From the NCBI GenBank assembly GCA_965223335.1, contig OZ244991.1, positions 2,432,001-2,496,000 on the forward strand: DNA of 64,000 nucleotides, read 5' to 3'. The position numbers were made by a program, and so were the translations under genes. Position 1 is the first letter of the stretch. Each line of letters begins with the position of its first letter. The DNA comes from Thermodesulfobacteriota bacterium. GTDB taxonomy: Bacteria > Desulfobacterota_D > UBA1144 > Nemesobacterales > UBA2774. Below the pieces are notes generated by a model, which had not been told where the DNA came from, ran no database searches, and was given only the letters and a program-made list of their open reading frames with translations. Below, one piece after another: positions 30,227 through 38,197 of the stretch.

Positions 30227-31273
30227 ATGACACAATCATTTAAAAGTAGATTTTTACATCTCTTGTTATTAGTAACGATGTTGATAGCCCCTGCTGTATC
30301 GATGGCAGGTCCCCCCCCCATCAACTTCGCCGAAAGAATAGACCAGACCGACCAGGCTTCTTACAGGCTCGTATTTTTCTGGGACCTCCGCATGGCTCGC
30401 CAGACCTTTGCACAGGTTACAAATACAACAAATTTTACTACAAATGTGCACGTACAAATTTTTAACGTCACTTCACCTGCTGTTGTGTGCGAAGAGACCG
30501 ACTTCGACGATGTTTACACCCCGGGTGACACACACGTGTACGACCTAAGCAATCTCGTATCCAACAACGATGCAGACGGGCTGGGTAATGTAGGCAATTC
30601 CGCCCCTAACGCTGACCTAGACGAAGGTTACGGACTATTGGTCGTGTCACAGGTAAACGCATCCCCTGACCTAATCGGCATGTTCCGTATTATTGACGGA
30701 GATGGGGACTTTGAGTATAGAACAAATGCCGCGGGTGAAGAGATAGCCGGTGGACAAGCTGCTACAAATTTGTGGAATATAGGTGACCTTAACTTCAACA
30801 ACGTAGACGGTGCAAACCTCTCAGACGTAATAGGGCTTGTTTACAGGAGTGTTGATGACGATGTAGTGTTAGCCAGCCCGTTAATTCAAGCAGTGTTCGG
30901 CGACGCTACAGGAGACGTTACCGACAGCTCACCTCAAATCCATATATTCGACGAGTTCGAGAGCCCCACATCCTGCAGCCCCACCACATTTACATGTGCT
31001 CCTACGCTGTTAGACAAGGGCATCGACAACTTCCACCCCAACTCAAAGGGCGAGGTAAACAGAATATGCAATGACAGCGTAGATGTTGGATGGCTCTTTA
31101 TGCCCATCCAGGATGTTTTCTGCTTCGACTTCGATCCTGACACAGGCGATTGCGGTGGTGGGATAGTCGATATATTCTTTGTAGGCTATCTTGGTCTTAA
31201 TAACGGTGACGGCACAGGTTCGATGGACTCGTGGTGGACCCCCGGTATATTCGACGAGAGTGACCCGAACTAA
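30227..31273 (+). CDS. array secreted protein, type A (A9)
   Basis: AAGGAGG RBS; signal peptide; family blocks. Confidence 0.9.
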   Translation: MTQSFKSRFLHLLLLVTMLIAPAVSMAGPPPINFAERIDQTDQASYRLVFFWDLRMARQTFAQVTNTTNFTTNVHVQIFNVTSPAVVCEETDFDDVYTPGDTHVYDLSNLVSNNDADGLGNVGNSAPNADLDEGYGLLVVSQVNASPDLIGMFRIIDGDGDFEYRTNAAGEEIAGGQAATNLWNIGDLNFNNVDGANLSDVIGLVYRSVDDDVVLASPLIQAVFGDATGDVTDSSPQIHIFDEFESPTSCSPTTFTCAPTLLDKGIDNFHPNSKGEVNRICNDSVDVGWLFMPIQDVFCFDFDPDTGDCGGGIVDIFFVGYLGLNNGDGTGSMDSWWTPGIFDESDPN

Positions 31274-31326
31274 CGAAATCTAGAGCCGTGTGAATACACA
31301 CACTGACAAATCCAAGGTTTAATTTC

Positions 31327-31363
31327 AAGCCGGGTGAGTGATTGATACTCACCCGGCTTTTTT
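31327..31363 (+). terminator. Rho-independent terminator closing the array
   Basis: aagccgggtgagt/actcacccggctt + T-tract. Confidence 0.8.
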
Positions 31364-31401
31364 ATATAAAACCAATTGTTAGCAAAAATAGTGAAATTAG
31401 A

Positions 31402-32478
31402 TTAACCCGGCAGTATCGACCCGGCTTCTATATCCACGGCTGCGGAAAATAGCCTGCGGCATATGGCCATACCCAGATCCTTTGTCCTCCCGGTGGCGTC
31501 TATCATTACCACATGGAAGTGCACGGGGAACGTGAGAGTCATAAGCGCCCCCAGGCGAAAATCATAGAGCGCATCCTCCCATGTGTATCCTGTCACTCCT
31601 TCCTCAACGAGCTTACGGTACCAGGCCTTTAACACATCATAGGGGTGGCCCAGGCGATCTGAGCGCAGCTCGCTCCCGCCCATGAGCCTCGCCACGTCAA
31701 ACGCCCCCATACTTCGCACGGCCAACTGCCAGTCGAGTATTATCACCGACTCTGCAGTACCCTGCTCGCCGAATAACAGATTGTCTTCGCGCAGGTCCAT
31801 ATGCACCAGTGTCTTTTGCCTCGAGTCCACCTCACTCTCTATCCACCCCAGGTGCTCCCCTACCCTGGCCCCAAGCTCCACACCCCGCTTACCTGCCAAG
31901 TAGCTGTAATGCTCGACGAATGAGTCCCATTTCTCGTTGTAGTCCCCGCTTATATTGTTGGTAGTGGGCATCCACTCGAGTGCGTCGAGTGCTTTGTTGT
32001 TCCAGTACTTGGCCTGCACCACCGCAAGCTTCCTCACAGCGTCCTCGACCTGCCACTCGTGCATTCCCCGGAGCTGGTCCCCGGGCTCATACGCGCTCAG
32101 GTCCTCCATCACCATGCAATAGGCCGGCGGCTCGTCCACCGTGTAGTAGACCTTGGGCAGCCTTATATTAAGCCCCGGTGCAATCTCTCTATAAAACCTA
32201 ATCTCGCGCTCAAATGCGTTTAGATCCTCCCCCACTTGGCGGAAGTCCTCGCCCTCGGGCTCTATCTTTACAACCAGCGAATCCGGCGCCCCCTCTTCTT
32301 TGTCGTCGTACTCAATCCCAAGCCTTACCACACTGCTCAAGAGTCCCTTGCCCTCGCCCAGTATCTTTTTTTCAAGCCCTACGACCTTGCTCCGGGTCAC
32401 GGCACCCGTCTCGCCGAGCACATGTGTGAGCCACTGGGCTGTTATCTCGTCGGGGTGTTCGGGGTTTTTCATAGCCAT
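31402..32478 (-). CDS. aminoglycoside/ecdysteroid-kinase-like phosphotransferase
   Basis: SLVVKI, REIRFY, TLVHMDLREDNLLF (Brenner-type motif), IILDWQ. Confidence 0.85.
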   Translation of the reverse strand: MAMKNPEHPDEITAQWLTHVLGETGAVTRSKVVGLEKKILGEGKGLLSSVVRLGIEYDDKEEGAPDSLVVKIEPEGEDFRQVGEDLNAFEREIRFYREIAPGLNIRLPKVYYTVDEPPAYCMVMEDLSAYEPGDQLRGMHEWQVEDAVRKLAVVQAKYWNNKALDALEWMPTTNNISGDYNEKWDSFVEHYSYLAGKRGVELGARVGEHLGWIESEVDSRQKTLVHMDLREDNLLFGEQGTAESVIILDWQLAVRSMGAFDVARLMGGSELRSDRLGHPYDVLKAWYRKLVEEGVTGYTWEDALYDFRLGALMTLTFPVHFHVVMIDATGRTKDLGMAICRRLFSAAVDIEAGSILPG

Positions 32479-32582
32479 AACTAAAACAATATATAGATGA
32501 CCGTCTAAATTACAAACCCAACTGAAATTTACATACTCACTCGTCGTGTTAAGATTCTATCCATTTACCGAGGCCCCTTACC

Positions 32583-33164
32583 ATGCAGAAAATAATCCCC
32601 ATAGTACTGGCCGCTTTGTTTTTAGCCGGATGCACGTGCTTTGACCAGCCCGACTTCCGCCAGACGAACTGGGGCATGACCAAAGAACAGGTCAAGAGCA
32701 AAGAGCCCGAAGAGCTGCTTAAAGACGGCAAGGACATCCTTACATACCGGATAAAGAACGAAGACAACGAATACGACCTGCTCTATGTGTTTAAGGACGG
32801 CAGGCTGGGTATGGCAGTGCTTCACCTGCGCGACAAACTGCCCGAGCCCAATGACTACCTAAATATGTACAAGATGACCGTGTCAAATGTGTCCAAGGAC
32901 TTCGGCCCCCCTGTAAAGAGCCTGGTCGATTCGGGGGGCGATGCCACTGTGCCCCCGCCCATAGAGGACCCGAGTGTCGTGTGCGAGGGCAAGACCACCG
33001 TAAAAAGCCTCTGGCCCAACAAAAACGAGAGCACCAATGTGAGTGTGGAGCTCGACCAAAAGCCCCATGTGCCCGAGCCCGACTGCAACCTCTCTATATT
33101 CTTTGAGAGTGTAGAGTTCGCGGTGGACCCCGACCTTGCCAAACAGCTCCACGAGCTTCTGTGA
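32583..33164 (+). CDS. lipoprotein, F-R-x-x-x-W-G family (paralog of genes at 61.1-63.2 kb)
   Basis: Lipobox LAGC; DFRQTNWGMTKEQV; LYVFKDGRL. Confidence 0.75.
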   Translation: MQKIIPIVLAALFLAGCTCFDQPDFRQTNWGMTKEQVKSKEPEELLKDGKDILTYRIKNEDNEYDLLYVFKDGRLGMAVLHLRDKLPEPNDYLNMYKMTVSNVSKDFGPPVKSLVDSGGDATVPPPIEDPSVVCEGKTTVKSLWPNKNESTNVSVELDQKPHVPEPDCNLSIFFESVEFAVDPDLAKQLHELL

Positions 33165-33257
33165 TTCTTCTGCACAGGCTCGCCTATAAAACTCAGTTGT
33201 TGAACAAGGTATGAAATTAATTTAATATTGCTTTATCACGCCCCGGAGGTAAATAAC

Positions 33258-33701
33258 ATGAGATACGCCATACTATCTGCTATTTTTGCTGTATTTCTCG
33301 TACCGCTCTATGCATTCGCTGATACCACTGCAACCGAGGACACGGACCAACCCCAGTACCTCTATGTTCTAAGCTCGACCTCGGGCACCGCAACAGACGG
33401 CGTGCTTACTCTCCAAGGTGTACCCACTGTGGTCTACATTGCCGACAATCCCGAAAAATCAGTTGGCTACCTCAAGCTCGCCGAGTTTATCCAAATGTGG
33501 AACAAGTCCGACTCGTTTCGCTCAGACCCACCCAACGCCACACTGTCCATACTCGACGAGCACGGCCTAAAAAATATTGTGATCGAAATATCCGGGGCCC
33601 GTCTCAAGGACACATCAGTGGTGCTACAATACCGCGTGCTCTACGGTGAGCTGCCCCCGTCGTTCGACCAGTCATCCCTGTTCGTAGACTTCGATGTTTA
33701 A
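33258..33701 (+). CDS. hypothetical secreted protein
   Basis: GGAGG RBS; signal peptide ending AFA-D; motifs SFRSDPPNATL, SLFVD. Confidence 0.75.
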   Translation: MRYAILSAIFAVFLVPLYAFADTTATEDTDQPQYLYVLSSTSGTATDGVLTLQGVPTVVYIADNPEKSVGYLKLAEFIQMWNKSDSFRSDPPNATLSILDEHGLKNIVIEISGARLKDTSVVLQYRVLYGELPPSFDQSSLFVDFDV

Positions 33702-33792
33702 TGTTGAGTTTCGTAGTTATTTTTGATAGATTAAATATTGAGGCGGGGGATCGGAACAGAGAGAAATAATCCGATATGCGGAGGGGATTAGC

Positions 33793-34647
33793 ATGAATGG
33801 AAACGAGGATTTCATCAACTGTTGGAACGAGATACTTGTACCCAAGTGGAACACGTTTCGACACCTTCTCTCAGGCAATGGTGCCGTTCACAGCGCAATG
33901 GCCTATGAACATTTCGGCATAAAACCCGGCGATAAAGTACTAGACATCGGGTGTGGGTATGGTGAAACATGCCTTGAAATAGCCGAGATCGTAGGCCCCG
34001 AGGGCGAGGTCATGGGCCTTGACTGCACCGAAGCATTCCTAGAGATAGCCAAAAAGGAACGCGACGAAGCGGGTATTACCAACGTCGAGTACGTGCTTGG
34101 CGACGCCATGACGTATGAGCTGCCCGAGAACTACTTTGACGTTGTGTACTCACGCTTTGGTGTCATGTTTTTCCAAAACATAGTCTATGCGCTAAGGAAC
34201 GCTCATAAAACACTAAAACCGGGCGGCAAGTTGTGCATGATCGTCTGGCGCACAATCGACCACAACCCGTGCTGGGGCTTTGCAAAAGAGATCGCACTCA
34301 AACACCTGCCTCCCCCAGGGGACGGTGCTGCCACATGCGGCCCTGGTCCCTTTGCCATGGGGCATGAAGAGACCACGCGCGCGATGATAAACGCCGCAGG
34401 GTTCGAGAACATCGAGATGTTTAGACAAAACGATGCTGACGTATGTATAGGAACGTCTATGGAAGAGGCACTCGACTTCCAAATCCTAGTCGGCCCCTCG
34501 GGCGAGATCATACGCGAGGCCAATGAACTCGGGCAAGAGAAACTACCCGTTATACGCGAGGATATGGCAAGCTATATGACGCCCCACGAACGGGAAGACG
34601 GTGTTTACCTGCCCTCGAGCACATGGTTTATTATGGCCCGGAAATAA
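33793..34647 (+). CDS. class I SAM-dependent methyltransferase
   Basis: VLDIGCGYG, FDVVYSRFGVMFF, LKPGGKL. Confidence 0.92.
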   Translation: MNGNEDFINCWNEILVPKWNTFRHLLSGNGAVHSAMAYEHFGIKPGDKVLDIGCGYGETCLEIAEIVGPEGEVMGLDCTEAFLEIAKKERDEAGITNVEYVLGDAMTYELPENYFDVVYSRFGVMFFQNIVYALRNAHKTLKPGGKLCMIVWRTIDHNPCWGFAKEIALKHLPPPGDGAATCGPGPFAMGHEETTRAMINAAGFENIEMFRQNDADVCIGTSMEEALDFQILVGPSGEIIREANELGQEKLPVIREDMASYMTPHEREDGVYLPSSTWFIMARK

Positions 34648-34806
34648 GATAGTACCGACCGTCCTCAGTGGATTAGTATTACGTAGAATTCGCAATGATT
34701 TAAGCGGATTAGTATGTTTCTAGTCCGATTTTAGTCCTTGGTTTTCTAAAACGTCCCGCGATCCGTTATAATAGTGGGCATGCAGCACATCCACGGAGGA
34801 TCTCAC

Positions 34807-35487
34807 ATGCTAAAAGGACTTGTACTAGGACTCGTATTCGGGTTGATACTGGGATATTTGATAGTCGCCGAAACCACTCTCGGCGACAGGTACGAAATCA
34901 TAGTTAACGAAGACGGCAATACCACACACCTGGTAAACAGACGCACCGGACAGTCGTGGTTCGAGAACACAGCGTCTGAACCCGACCCCGACGGCAAACT
35001 GATCACCGTGCGGTTTTGGGAAGAGATCCTAGCCCAAGAGGACGCCCGGGCAATCACCTCGAATGTACGCAACCAGACCCAAGCTGCCACAGAGGCACTA
35101 GAGCAACAAACCCGCCGGGAAGCCGAGGCCATGAACCAGCTCACACAAAATAAACTGACCGAGATTTACGAGATATGCTCCGACAACCAAGAGTGCATCA
35201 ACAAACAGTGCTACGACGCCTCAATAGAAGTAGGCGACCCCAAATGGGCAGTAAGCTGTATAGAGGCCTTTAAGGAATATCTAATGAATATTGTACTTTA
35301 TGAATGTCAGGACGACCCCGCCTGCTTTGAGCGCCACTGTAAAAAGAAACACAACAACACCTACCCGCAGGTCTCTGACTGCATCCGCGAGATAAACCAC
35401 GAGATGCTAAAGCAAAAAGAGGCTCTCACCCCCGACGCCCCAACCGGCGAAGACGACACCACCACCCAGGGCTTTGAGATAAACTAG
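34807..35487 (+). CDS. hypothetical membrane-anchored Cys-rich protein
   Basis: GGAGG RBS; N-terminal hydrophobic helix; coiled segment; repeated C-x4-C-x4-C pattern. Confidence 0.7.
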   Translation: MLKGLVLGLVFGLILGYLIVAETTLGDRYEIIVNEDGNTTHLVNRRTGQSWFENTASEPDPDGKLITVRFWEEILAQEDARAITSNVRNQTQAATEALEQQTRREAEAMNQLTQNKLTEIYEICSDNQECINKQCYDASIEVGDPKWAVSCIEAFKEYLMNIVLYECQDDPACFERHCKKKHNNTYPQVSDCIREINHEMLKQKEALTPDAPTGEDDTTTQGFEIN

Positions 35488-35507
35488 CACACCGAGTGTG
35501 CTTCCAT

Positions 35508-35714
35508 ATCTTTGGTTTTTCGCCTTTCCAAGCTGGGATCACAGATCCCAGTTCCGACATTACGGCAATGGCGTATAGAAAATAAGCTAGAGAGGCGTTA
35601 AGAATGTATTTCGGGGCCGGGGTAGGATTAAATACATTTAGCATCGAGAGATTATTTTTAGCTATTTCCGTACAGTCGGCGATTTTTGCGCACTTTTCAT
35701 CGCGGAAAAGTGCG
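35508..35714 (+). ncRNA. structured element, full copy
   Basis: ctgggatc/gatcccag; tacgg-aatggc / gctatt-ccgta; aatgtattt/aaatacatt; cgcactttt/aaaagtgcg. Confidence 0.65.
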
Positions 35715-35848
35715 AATTAAAAAGGTAAACAGATACGCTTAACTGATATAGAATCCCAATTACAAATAAACTCCCGGCACTCCCTAAAAATGGGGTCCGT
35801 CCCCCCATGCCTTGGGTCGATAGACCCCCGACACTAAGAAATGAATTC

Positions 35849-36103
35849 TCAATAATGATACTTACACTGTGCAATGATGATTTCGTTGTCTTTCACTTTA
35901 TAAACCAGGCGGTGTTCTTTATCGATACGCCGCGACCAATAGCCGGCAAAGTTATGCTTAAGCGGCTCGGGACTCCCAATACCCTCAAACGGAGCCCTCT
36001 TTATATCCTTTATTAAAGTATTTATGCGCATTAAGGTTTTTTTATCGGTCCCCTGCCAATACAAATAATCCTCCCAAGCGTTCTCAGCCCAGGATAAGAT
36101 CAT
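35849..36103 (-). CDS. yoeB: Txe/YoeB family toxin
   Basis: AWEDYLYWQ..DKK...RIN.LIKDI.R.PF.GIG.PEPLKH...GYWSRRI..EHRLVY; 4-nt overlap with the antitoxin. Confidence 0.96.
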   Translation of the reverse strand: MILSWAENAWEDYLYWQGTDKKTLMRINTLIKDIKRAPFEGIGSPEPLKHNFAGYWSRRIDKEHRLVYKVKDNEIIIAQCKYHY

Positions 36104-36354
36104 TCTTCAATCAGGTTGTGTTCAGACGATTTCCCAGCCTCGATCTCGGCCACGGCAGCGGCCAGTCGCTCGACATTCTTGGGGCTTTTCATAAGATATG
36201 CCGTCTCTTCATAGGATTTAAAATCCTCAACCGACATAACCACGGCCGGTTTGCCGTTCTGACGGGTAATCATAATAGGTGTGTGGTCCTCATTGACCTT
36301 GTCCAGCATCTTAGCTAGGTTATTTCTAAACGATGTGTAACTCATTGTATCCAT
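36100..36354 (-). CDS. yefM: Phd/YefM family antitoxin
   Basis: SYT..R.NLA...DKV.EDH.PI.ITRQNG...V.MS.E...S.EETAYL..SP.N..RL. Confidence 0.96.
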   Translation of the reverse strand: MDTMSYTSFRNNLAKMLDKVNEDHTPIMITRQNGKPAVVMSVEDFKSYEETAYLMKSPKNVERLAAAVAEIEAGKSSEHNLIEE

Positions 36355-36381
36355 TGAATATCACCTCACTTGTGCCTTATT

Positions 36382-36410
36382 ATTGTACATGTACTTATTT
36401 GGCATGTCAA
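36382..36410 (-). promoter_or_regulatory. yefM-yoeB promoter with TGTACA operator core
   Basis: Minus strand TTGACA-N17-TACAAT; TGTACA palindrome overlaps the -10, as in the E. coli yefM-yoeB operator. Confidence 0.8.
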
Positions 36411-36556
36411 TTTGTATTATACATACCGATATCATAAACACAATGATAAAATAGAATAGATACCCCTTCATCAATGAAACTTCTCACTGTGTGTTAACAC
36501 AGGCGATGAAAATATATGTATGTATCAAAGTATAATTATTTTATAATACACTTATT

Positions 36557-36823
36557 GTGGTCGATCTAATATTAGCACTGCTATTAAATGTAGCAATAAA
36601 TATATTTCTAGGTTTTTTGATATTGTCTTGTGTGTCTATCCCTCTATATCTCATCTTGGTCTTTATTAAAGAGAATGTTCAGATATTCTCATTTCTTCAT
36701 AATCAAAATGCGAGATACCTTTTCCTCAAAATTAGTCAGGGTAGTTTTATCGGAATTTTTGTATCATATGGATTCCTTACTCTTGTATGTATAAGCATAT
36801 TTATATTTGGATCTTCATCTTGA
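36557..36823 (+). CDS. small hypothetical membrane protein
   Basis: 88 aa, two hydrophobic stretches, AT-rich, weak start signal. Confidence 0.35.
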   Translation: MVDLILALLLNVAINIFLGFLILSCVSIPLYLILVFIKENVQIFSFLHNQNARYLFLKISQGSFIGIFVSYGFLTLVCISIFIFGSSS

Positions 36824-36985
36824 TCATACTCATGCATCAGTAAATATAGCTTCATAGGCATATCTGGCACATTTGCTTGTCTTACGATCATTTACATACT
36901 CTTTTATATCCTATTGCTCATTGCTGATTGATTCAGAAGATCCCTCCCCAGGACTGACATTAATGCCGTAGTTTACTATATTAAC

Positions 36986-37060
36986 ATGATCGCCATGACC
37001 AAACGAATCAATATTGGGTGTGGGAACACTCCAACAGAGGGCTGGACCAACTATGACGGC
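36986..37060 (+). pseudogene. N-terminal remnant of a SAM-methyltransferase gene
   Basis: MTKRINIGCGNTPTEGWTNYD is a typical methyltransferase N-terminus, but the similarity stops after ~25 codons. Confidence 0.5.
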
Positions 37061-37144
37061 TTACAAATCTTTTTTACTCTAGCCTCTATAGAGATTAATC
37101 CGTGTGTTATATTATCACCATCTAAACACAGAGAGGTTGTGAAT

Positions 37145-37588
37145 ATGCCTAGATCAACAAATCCATCTTTAACTTTAATATTGATAGCACTCCTGGGTAT
37201 ATCAATCACAGCATGCCCTGCCTCCCGGGATAAAGAGCCCGAGCCCAAGACCCAAGAAGCCTCAAAAGAGCTCACATACAGCCAGAAACAGGAGCTCAAG
37301 AAGACTATAGAGGAAAAGGCCCACCTCCAGCCGCGCCGCAAACAGATGATCGACGATATGATCAACGGCGACATTATTGTTACAATTGAGGTCCGCGACA
37401 ACACCCCCTATGTCTATGTTGCAGAACCCTTCCTCCATATGACCCCCAAGGACCAGACCGCGCTCCTAAATCTCATATGGTACTACCATCTGACCGAAAA
37501 TCCCAAAGCCCTGACTATTAAGATCTTCGATTTTGCTACGTCAAAAGATATAGGTAAATACGACTATTACGGCCTAAACTTAAAGTAA
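37145..37588 (+). CDS. hypothetical lipoprotein
   Basis: AGAGG upstream; hydrophobic signal with lipobox ITAC. Confidence 0.7.
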   Translation: MPRSTNPSLTLILIALLGISITACPASRDKEPEPKTQEASKELTYSQKQELKKTIEEKAHLQPRRKQMIDDMINGDIIVTIEVRDNTPYVYVAEPFLHMTPKDQTALLNLIWYYHLTENPKALTIKIFDFATSKDIGKYDYYGLNLK

Positions 37589-37798
37589 TATCTTAGATAT
37601 CGTCCCTGTATTCTAAGCTAATTAGGTATTTCACTACACGTAACATGCTGTAAAAACAGACTTTATGCCTCTTGATGACAAGATATTAACAATCCATTCA
37701 CATTCCCTATACGCTGCTTTAACATTCTCAGGCAACCATTAATATTACTTGACAAATTAGTCCAAAATATAATATGATTGTGGTGGGAGGATGGTATC

Positions 37799-38125
37799 AT
37801 GGCAACCGTAACGTGCAGAGCATGTGGCGAGCCTTTCAGTTTGGGTCTGAGTAACTGTCCGAATTGCAACTATTCGGTAAACGAACTCGAACTTCTGCGT
37901 CTGAGACCAAAGCAAAAAAAGAGCAACTCGACTCTCTGGGGTATTACTCTGGTTCTATTGAGTTTTGCAGCCTCGTTCACATTCGTGTTCCCAATGATAT
38001 ATCTCAATTCGTCAAACGAATCGCGCATCGAGGTCGGACAGACCAGCTTAGAGGATCAAGCCCGGCAAAAAGCTCTAGTCAAAGAGAACGTTCTCGTAGA
38101 CGGCTACAGCATCCAGACCAAATAG
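37799..38125 (+). CDS. zinc-ribbon membrane protein
   Basis: GGAGG RBS; CRACG...CPNC; one TM helix. Confidence 0.7.
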   Translation: MATVTCRACGEPFSLGLSNCPNCNYSVNELELLRLRPKQKKSNSTLWGITLVLLSFAASFTFVFPMIYLNSSNESRIEVGQTSLEDQARQKALVKENVLVDGYSIQTK

Positions 38126-38197
38126 TTATAAAAGCTTTTCTGGTTGTTGAATTCGGCAAATGGGCATTTAATGTCGGGCAGAAATGTTATAGCCGAA

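Noticed and set aside
9647..31143. Recurring antisense and alternate-frame ORFs in the array (e.g. 14625-15158, 13637-13897, 24541-24987)
   Set aside because: Shadows of the repeated sense genes; their starts and stops are not conserved between copies
9441..31273. Diversity-generating retroelement as the source of array variability
   Set aside because: No reverse transcriptase or TR/VR pair is visible; the variable segments differ in length and at all bases, not just adenines
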